From: a virus
Taxonomy: Duplodnaviria > Heunggongvirae > Uroviricota > Caudoviricetes
Virus record (IMG/VR): IMGVR_UViG_2703718815_000003
Direction: 5' to 3' (one strand)
DNA length: 64,000 nucleotides
Positions 58,226 to 64,000 of this stretch are shown in pieces (position 1 is the stretch's first letter; each line of letters begins with the position of its first letter). The position numbers and the translations under genes are program-made. The notes below the pieces were generated by a model, which was not told the DNA's origin, did not search any database, and saw nothing but the letters and a program-made list of their open reading frames with translations.

Positions 58226-58701
58226 TACGACCTTCTGTATACGATCTGCGAAAAGCCAGGCTCTTCCTCGCTGGCTCGTTGGGTATAAGCTGTTTCAACA
58301 GGCACAAAGCCTAAATTACGCATCATGCTTGCCGGGAAGAATGCATCGGCGTTTGGCACATCAACGCCGATGTGGGAGAGCCAAATCTCTTCAACATGCG
58401 GCATGAATAGCGAGTAAATTTGTTCCCCGCCAATCACCCACACAGGCTCTGGTAATCGCAACACATCATCCACACCAGCAGGGTAGAATCCATTTGGTAC
58501 AAAGCCATGAGAGCGCGTCAAAACGAGGTTATGACGCTCTGGAAGAGGGCGTTTGAGACTTTCCATCGTTTTACGCCCCATAACGACAGTGGCGTTTTTG
58601 GTGAGTCTCTTAAATAGCTTCAGATCGGTAGAACAACGCCAGGGGAGTTCATTCGCTATGCCGATCTCATAGTTACGGCCAACAGCAGCGATCATCTTCA
58701 T
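58225..58701 (-). CDS. frd: dihydrofolate reductase
   Basis: MKMIAAVGRNYEIGIANELPW N-terminus and VVMGRKT, VIGG motifs; 158 aa. Confidence 0.85.
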   Translation of the reverse strand: MKMIAAVGRNYEIGIANELPWRCSTDLKLFKRLTKNATVVMGRKTMESLKRPLPERHNLVLTRSHGFVPNGFYPAGVDDVLRLPEPVWVIGGEQIYSLFMPHVEEIWLSHIGVDVPNADAFFPASMMRNLGFVPVETAYTQRASEEEPGFSQIVYRRS

Positions 58702-59111
58702 TTGCTCACCTCATAGATGACCGGTCGATGGTGAGAGTCGGCTAAAGCGGCACGGAGTCGAGGATCGTGCACCAGCGCAGCGATAAGCAGATCGCCTTTA
58801 TGCTCCGCTAATGTGCGCTTAATATGCTTCTCATAACTGGTGCCATTCGGTACGAGATGAAGCCAGTCATAATCAACGCCAAAATCTTTCAGCCATCGTT
58901 TAGTTGGCGCTTCAAGAGTTTCAGAGCGGCTACTGATAAGCACCACTTCAGCCCCTGAGCGAGCAAAACCACGCAACATACGGCTGGTGGGGAAAATGAG
59001 TTCATCACCGGCAATGAGCTGGCCTGCATCCGCGTCAGATACTGATTTACGATGGCTGGCATTTGCCAGCACACCTTCAATTTCGCATAAGACATACATA
59101 CCTCTTGCCAT
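58698..59111 (-). CDS. hypothetical protein (possible nucleotidase/phosphatase)
   Basis: Function guessed only from position between thymidylate synthase and DHFR; start uncertain. Confidence 0.35.
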   Translation of the reverse strand: MARGMYVLCEIEGVLANASHRKSVSDADAGQLIAGDELIFPTSRMLRGFARSGAEVVLISSRSETLEAPTKRWLKDFGVDYDWLHLVPNGTSYEKHIKRTLAEHKGDLLIAALVHDPRLRAALADSHHRPVIYEVSK

Positions 59112-59112
59112 A

Positions 59113-60243
59113 TCACACCGCCACTGGAACCTTGATCCACGATAGAGGGTCATAGCCAAGAATTAAAACCTCGTCCCATTTGAAATCATCCAACTCTGAC
59201 CATTCATGAGGGAAAATAACGACCGGATCTGAATGCTCTGGAGCCTGTCGTTTCATTAGCTCACACACACCTTCCATGTGGTTGTTGTACAAATGCACGT
59301 CAAAGCCAAAATGCACAAATGCACCGGCCATGTGACCCGTAATCTTCGCGAGAAAATGAGTGAGAATGCCATAGCCAGCAATATTGAATGGCATACCAAC
59401 AAAAGTGTCTACGCTACGCTGTACGAGGCAGGAGTTGAGGATGCGTTTGGGGATTCCAAGTTCATCCAGTTCAGCTTCAGTAACACTGCCGTCCATCTCC
59501 AGATCGTATAGCATCTTGGTGTAGATAGACTCGTAACCGAGGCGACTGTGTTGAAGACCAATGTCAGTTGCCATCGTTAAACGGGTTTCAAAATCCAGCT
59601 CACGACTCCACAAAGAGAAGACAAAGTGGCAAGGTGGCAGTTTCATATCCTCAAGCTCGCCTACGTTCCATGCGTTAAGCATGATGCGACGATCGGTAGG
59701 GTTCGTGCGCAGTGTATCGACAATACGCTGTAGCTGATCGATTTCACGGGACAGCACTACGCGATCTTCACTGATACCCAGGTATCCCTCGACTTTGTAC
59801 CCGCGTTCACGGAAAGTAGCGATCTTGCTCAGATATTCACTATGGCTCACGATGCGGGTATCTTCCCATCGACGCCACTGCTTACCGTAAACCGGCCCCA
59901 AATCGCCATTCTCATCGGCCCATGCATCCCAAATCTTAACGCCGTTATCCTTGAGAAATTGGATGTTGCCCGTGCCTTTCAGATACCACTCAAGTTCGAC
60001 AAGCAGTGGCTTAAGATTTACCGCCTTTCCAGAAATAAGCGGCACAGTCCCACCAGTAAGCATGTAGTAAGAGGGAACGTAGCAGGTGCTTAAAGTACCA
60101 GTGCCTGTGCGATCATCAGCCTGCACGCCGCTTTTAAGCACCGTCTCAATAACTTTTGCATACGATGCGTTTGTTACCTGACCGTTCGTATGCTCACGAT
60201 TCAAAAGGAGTGACACAAAAACCTCACAAAGATAAGTAACCAC
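59113..60243 (-). CDS. thyA: thymidylate synthase (ThyA family, with insertions)
   Basis: DRTGTGT, GDLGPVYGKQWR, LPPCH active-site motif; track start is GTG, true start may be GTG at 60216 (GAGG upstream). Confidence 0.9.
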   Translation of the reverse strand: MVTYLCEVFVSLLLNREHTNGQVTNASYAKVIETVLKSGVQADDRTGTGTLSTCYVPSYYMLTGGTVPLISGKAVNLKPLLVELEWYLKGTGNIQFLKDNGVKIWDAWADENGDLGPVYGKQWRRWEDTRIVSHSEYLSKIATFRERGYKVEGYLGISEDRVVLSREIDQLQRIVDTLRTNPTDRRIMLNAWNVGELEDMKLPPCHFVFSLWSRELDFETRLTMATDIGLQHSRLGYESIYTKMLYDLEMDGSVTEAELDELGIPKRILNSCLVQRSVDTFVGMPFNIAGYGILTHFLAKITGHMAGAFVHFGFDVHLYNNHMEGVCELMKRQAPEHSDPVVIFPHEWSELDDFKWDEVLILGYDPLSWIKVPVAV

Positions 60244-60386
60244 TTATTAATTACGTGAGTTTACATTTATTGAGAGAACAAGACCAGACAGATAAAAAAA
60301 TGGTGGCCATAGGCCACCAAAACGAATAGTCATTCCAGAGTTTTATTACGCATGTTAAATATACACAGATAGATAACTACCTACAA

Positions 60387-61259
60387 TTATTTTTTGATCA
60401 TTCCGTACATTGCTGAGGCTTTAGCTTGCTCAACAAAGGAGGATAAATCGACATCACTATAGGTTGGAGACTTCAGAATCTTTCCATCGGAAATTCGAAA
60501 ACCGATCATCTTATCGGTGCCATCAGCATGGCGGAATCCCAGATCTGAAGAGTCGTATTTGCAGTTGGCCACAGCCTGGCGACGTTCCTCAACATCAGCA
60601 GGCCATAATTTTGTCATGTTAGACCGATGAATTTCGCCAACCAGCTCGACGACATTGATACCGAGGAAATCAGCCAGTCGATAAGTCATCATGCACGCCA
60701 CATAGATTTTGTTCATTACACGGCGCAGTTCCTGAATCAGCTCAGAATCCTTAACAGTCTTCTTCTCAAGTTTATCTGCCAGCTCTTCGAGCATACATGA
60801 CGCCTCACGAGCTTCCTGAAATGGCATTGCCATATCATCGAAAACAGTGTTACCGGGCACAAAAATTGTCTGCATAAAGCGATCAATGCTCTGTTCCTGC
60901 GTGTAATAGGTCATGCCGGTAGAAATACCACCTTTGATGGAGACCATCGTACCAACACCAACGTATAAAAAGTCGGCCATTGCATCCAGCAGTTGCTCAA
61001 TATCCCCATTCATTGCGGCTGGAATACCTTCCACTACAGCTTCTTCATGAATCAGGCTTGCACGGAGACGAAGCAGCTCTGGTGTCGGCATAACGCGTCT
61101 CGGATGCTGGAAGAGTTCATGAAACTGATCGACCATCTTGTAAATACTTTCAGTGGCTACACCATGGCCTTCATGCAACTCATATGGTTCTGGCTTAAAT
61201 CCAATGAGTCGATCGGTGGCAAGTTTCAGGTGGTCAGTCAGTTTGGTAAAGTTCATGCT
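60387..61259 (-). CDS. all-alpha NTP pyrophosphohydrolase-like protein (MazG/dimeric dUTPase-like, candidate)
   Basis: Two helical segments with E..EE...D/E patterns (LIHEEAVVEG..IEQLLDAMAD; VELVGEIHRSN); start set to MNFTK ATG at 61259. Confidence 0.4.
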   Translation of the reverse strand, partial: SMNFTKLTDHLKLATDRLIGFKPEPYELHEGHGVATESIYKMVDQFHELFQHPRRVMPTPELLRLRASLIHEEAVVEGIPAAMNGDIEQLLDAMADFLYVGVGTMVSIKGGISTGMTYYTQEQSIDRFMQTIFVPGNTVFDDMAMPFQEAREASCMLEELADKLEKKTVKDSELIQELRRVMNKIYVACMMTYRLADFLGINVVELVGEIHRSNMTKLWPADVEERRQAVANCKYDSSDLGFRHADGTDKMIGFRISDGKILKSPTYSDVDLSSFVEQAKASAMYGMIKK

Positions 61260-61333
61260 AGTTTTGTTCCTTCTTAATTCTTGTGATCCATTGTGGCCCA
61301 GCGTTGCCAGGCCACATAATGCTTTGTATCGGT

Positions 61334-62476
61334 TTACAGGTCTGCAAACTGGCTTAGAGAAGCCTTGTCCACGGTAGAATCGATCTGACCTACCAGATAT
61401 GTGCTTTGCTCTGCCTCTTGTGGTGCAATTTGCAGTGTGTCGGTTAACAACCACTTGTTCATCCAGACCAGCGGATCTGTGGTAACTTCTGGAAATAAAG
61501 CCTTCAGGCCAAGACGATTCATAGCCAGATTGGTGCGGTATTTTACATAGGTCTTCAGAATATCCGCGTTTAAACCAATCATCGAACCGTCTTTGAAGAG
61601 ATAGTCTGCCCAGTTCATTTCTTGTTCGGCGACTGATTTCATGGTGTCGTAAATGACGTTTTCTTCATCAGCAGCAATCTCTTTCCACAATAAACCTTCG
61701 CGACCGGTACGCATGAAGCGGATCATGCGTTCAGTTCCTTCGCAATGCAGAGCTTCATCACGGGCAATAAAGCGCATAATTTTGGTGTTACCCTCAAGCA
61801 ACTTCCGTTCGCCAAAGGCAAACGTACATGCAAAACTTACATAGAAACGGATCGCCTCAAGCGCATTAATGGACACCAACGTGCGGAAAAGCTGACGGTG
61901 CAAAGGGTATGGCTCCCAGCCATATTCATTTACGTACAGACGTTCAAACTCTTTCTCACCTAACGACTGGCGCTCGCAGGTCATCCCATAAAGCCTGTCA
62001 TATTCAGCAGAGATACTGATCGCTCGGTTGATGATTTCTTCATCCGTAACAATACCGTCAAAAACAATGCTCGGATCGTCCACCATGCCACGAATAATGT
62101 GGGTGTAGCTGCGGCTATGGATAGTCTCAGAGAAAGACCATGTTTCAACCCACGTTTCCAGTTCAGGAATAGAGATAAGCGGCAGCAGCGTTGCATTTGG
62201 GCTACGTCCCTGAACTGAATCGAGTAACGTTTGATAACGGAGATTGCTCAGAAAAATGTGACGTTCGTGGTCCCGCAGCTTCGTGTTGAAGTCGATACGA
62301 TCGCTCGAAATATCAACTTCTTCCGGCCGCCAGAAGAAAGACAATTGACGTTCAATCAACTTTTCAAAATCACGGTATTTTTGCTGATCGTAACGTGCCA
62401 CGTTGACAGATTGTCCGAGGAACATAGGCTCTTTGGTTGCATCATTAGCACCCAAACGGAACGTTGAATATGACAT
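61334..62476 (-). CDS. nrdB: ribonucleotide reductase small subunit
   Basis: Class Ia R2 features (FFWRPEEVD, iron-ligand E/H pairs); diverged from host type. Confidence 0.9.
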   Translation of the reverse strand: MSYSTFRLGANDATKEPMFLGQSVNVARYDQQKYRDFEKLIERQLSFFWRPEEVDISSDRIDFNTKLRDHERHIFLSNLRYQTLLDSVQGRSPNATLLPLISIPELETWVETWSFSETIHSRSYTHIIRGMVDDPSIVFDGIVTDEEIINRAISISAEYDRLYGMTCERQSLGEKEFERLYVNEYGWEPYPLHRQLFRTLVSINALEAIRFYVSFACTFAFGERKLLEGNTKIMRFIARDEALHCEGTERMIRFMRTGREGLLWKEIAADEENVIYDTMKSVAEQEMNWADYLFKDGSMIGLNADILKTYVKYRTNLAMNRLGLKALFPEVTTDPLVWMNKWLLTDTLQIAPQEAEQSTYLVGQIDSTVDKASLSQFADL

Positions 62477-62489
62477 GTGTTTTTCCTTT

Positions 62490-62540
62490 TTCTTTTTTGG
62501 TGCGTTTAAACAAGTTGTTATCTTATGTGTTTAAACAAGG
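62490..62540 (-). promoter_or_regulatory. early promoter/operator motif upstream of nrdB
   Basis: Minus-sense taagataacaacttgtttaaacgcacc about 25 nt upstream of nrdB ATG. Confidence 0.45.
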
Positions 62541-62557
62541 CTTACAAATCAAAGAGA

Positions 62558-62576
62558 AGGTGGGGATATCCCCCAC
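62558..62576 (-). terminator. intrinsic terminator after nrdA
   Basis: ggtgggg atatc ccccacc followed by T-rich ttctctttgattt on minus strand. Confidence 0.55.
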
Positions 62577-62582
62577 CATATG

Positions 62583-64000
62583 TCAGATTTTGCAGGCTCC
62601 GTCGCACTCATCTTCTGGCTCGACGGCTACAGCTTGCGTCAGTGGATTATGCGGTTCGTCGTCATCACGCTTTCCTGCCCCATCTCTGGTGTTGTGGTAG
62701 TAAAGCGTTTTAACTCCCATCTTGTAGGCGAGAAGCAAATCTGACAGTAGCGTCATCATTGGGACTTTATCGCCTTCAAAGCGAGAAGGGTCATAGTTGG
62801 TATTGGCTGAAATAGCCTGGTCAAAGAACTTCTGGATGATCGCCACCTTTGTCAGATAGCCGCGGTTGTCCGGCATATCCCACAGGTATTCATACTGTTC
62901 CTTCAGTTTTTCAAACTCAGGCACGACCATCTTAACGATGCCGTCCTTAGAAGATTTCACCGACACCAGGCCACGAGGCGGTTCGATGCCGTTGGTGGAA
63001 TTAGTGATCTGGCTGGAAGTCTCGCATGGCATTTGTGCCGTCAGTGTGGAGTTGCGAAGGCCGTATTTTGCAATACGTTCACGCAGTTCTTCCCACGGCA
63101 TCTTTAACTCAAAGTTGGTTTCGCCACTTTCGTCTAATGAAGAACGGTAATGGTCGATCGGCAACTGACCAATTGCGTACTTGGTCTGCTCAAACCAGTC
63201 ACACTCACCTTTTGCTTCAGCAAGTCGGCAGCTGGCATCAAGAAGGTAATACTGGATAGCTTCGAACGTTTCATGCACCAGTTTATTGCCAGCGGTATCA
63301 GAATAACGAACGCCATTCTTTGCCAGGTAATAAGCAAAGTTGGTTACACCAATTCCCAAGCTACGACGAGCTTTGGCAGGCACTTCGGCTGCCTCCATCG
63401 GATAGTCTTGATAATCCAGTAACGAATCCAGTGCAGCAACGGCATAGAACGCCACCTCTTTAAGAGACTCCAGTGAACGGATGGCTCCGAGGTTAAAAGC
63501 GGATAAAGTGCATAGCGCGATCTCACCGTTCGGGTCGTCGGTAAATGCCAGTGGACGAGTGGGTAGAGTGATCTCCATGCACAGGTTTGACTGGCGAACA
63601 GGTGCAAGAGCAGGAATGAAAGCGCCATGCTCGTTAATATGATCTACGTTCGCAATATAAATTCGGCCCGTGGACGCTCGTTCCTGCATCAGAGATGAGA
63701 ACAGCTCAATGGCAGGTACTGACTTCTTGCGAATTGAATCATCGGCTTCGTATTTATGGTACAGCTTTTCAAACAGCTCCTGGTCTGTGAAGAAGGCTTC
63801 GTACATATCAGGCACATCATGCGGGCTGAACAGAGTGATGTTCTCGCTTCTGACGAGTCGACGGTACATTAGACGGTTACTCATGACGCCGTAATCAAGA
63901 TGGCGAACGCGGTTTTCATCAATACCACGGTTATTTTTCACCACCAGCAGACTTTCAACTTCAAGATGCCAGATCGGGTAAAACGCTGTTGCTGCGCCAC
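62583..64000 (-). CDS. nrdA: ribonucleotide reductase large subunit, C-terminal part (gene continues beyond window end)
   Basis: Class Ia R1 motifs (NLCMEI, CTLSAFNLG, PCETSSQ, C-terminal CDGACKI); frame stays open to the window edge. Confidence 0.9.
   Translation of the reverse strand, partial: GAATAFYPIWHLEVESLLVVKNNRGIDENRVRHLDYGVMSNRLMYRRLVRSENITLFSPHDVPDMYEAFFTDQELFEKLYHKYEADDSIRKKSVPAIELFSSLMQERASTGRIYIANVDHINEHGAFIPALAPVRQSNLCMEITLPTRPLAFTDDPNGEIALCTLSAFNLGAIRSLESLKEVAFYAVAALDSLLDYQDYPMEAAEVPAKARRSLGIGVTNFAYYLAKNGVRYSDTAGNKLVHETFEAIQYYLLDASCRLAEAKGECDWFEQTKYAIGQLPIDHYRSSLDESGETNFELKMPWEELRERIAKYGLRNSTLTAQMPCETSSQITNSTNGIEPPRGLVSVKSSKDGIVKMVVPEFEKLKEQYEYLWDMPDNRGYLTKVAIIQKFFDQAISANTNYDPSRFEGDKVPMMTLLSDLLLAYKMGVKTLYYHNTRDGAGKRDDDEPHNPLTQAVAVEPEDECDGACKI

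Overview
The window reads as one contiguous segment of a large tailed-phage or phage-plasmid genome from an enterobacterial host. All calls rest on reading the six-frame translations and the DNA by eye; no database search was run. Layout: (1) 1-23.3 kb, minus-strand late operon: small and large terminase, portal, scaffold, capsid, Ig-domain decoration protein, head-tail joining proteins, Ig-domain major tail protein, G/GT chaperones, tape measure, lambda-like M-L-K-I-J tail tip, and a partial tail fibre. (2) 23.4-28.3 kb: a translationally coupled operon (ParB-like, ParB-like, ABC-type ATPase, GNAT, small DNA-binding protein) divergent from an SF2 helicase; this is my best candidate for an undescribed system. 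(3) 28.3-38.6 kb: an AT-rich cargo island, two iteron-like repeat clusters, small early genes sharing a conserved promoter/operator motif, and a GT-skewed degenerate repeat tract. (4) 38.7-42.4 kb: host-type metG and apbC/mrp plus a LexA-box-controlled UmuD'-like gene, embedded between phage DNA. (5) 43-64 kb: small early genes, two DNA methyltransferases, RNase H, DnaQ-like exonuclease and a nucleotide-metabolism module (kinase, DHFR, thymidylate synthase, nrdB, nrdA partial). Two palindromic motif families recur on both sides of the metG block, which argues for a single element. No CRISPR array or tRNA could be supported by eye.
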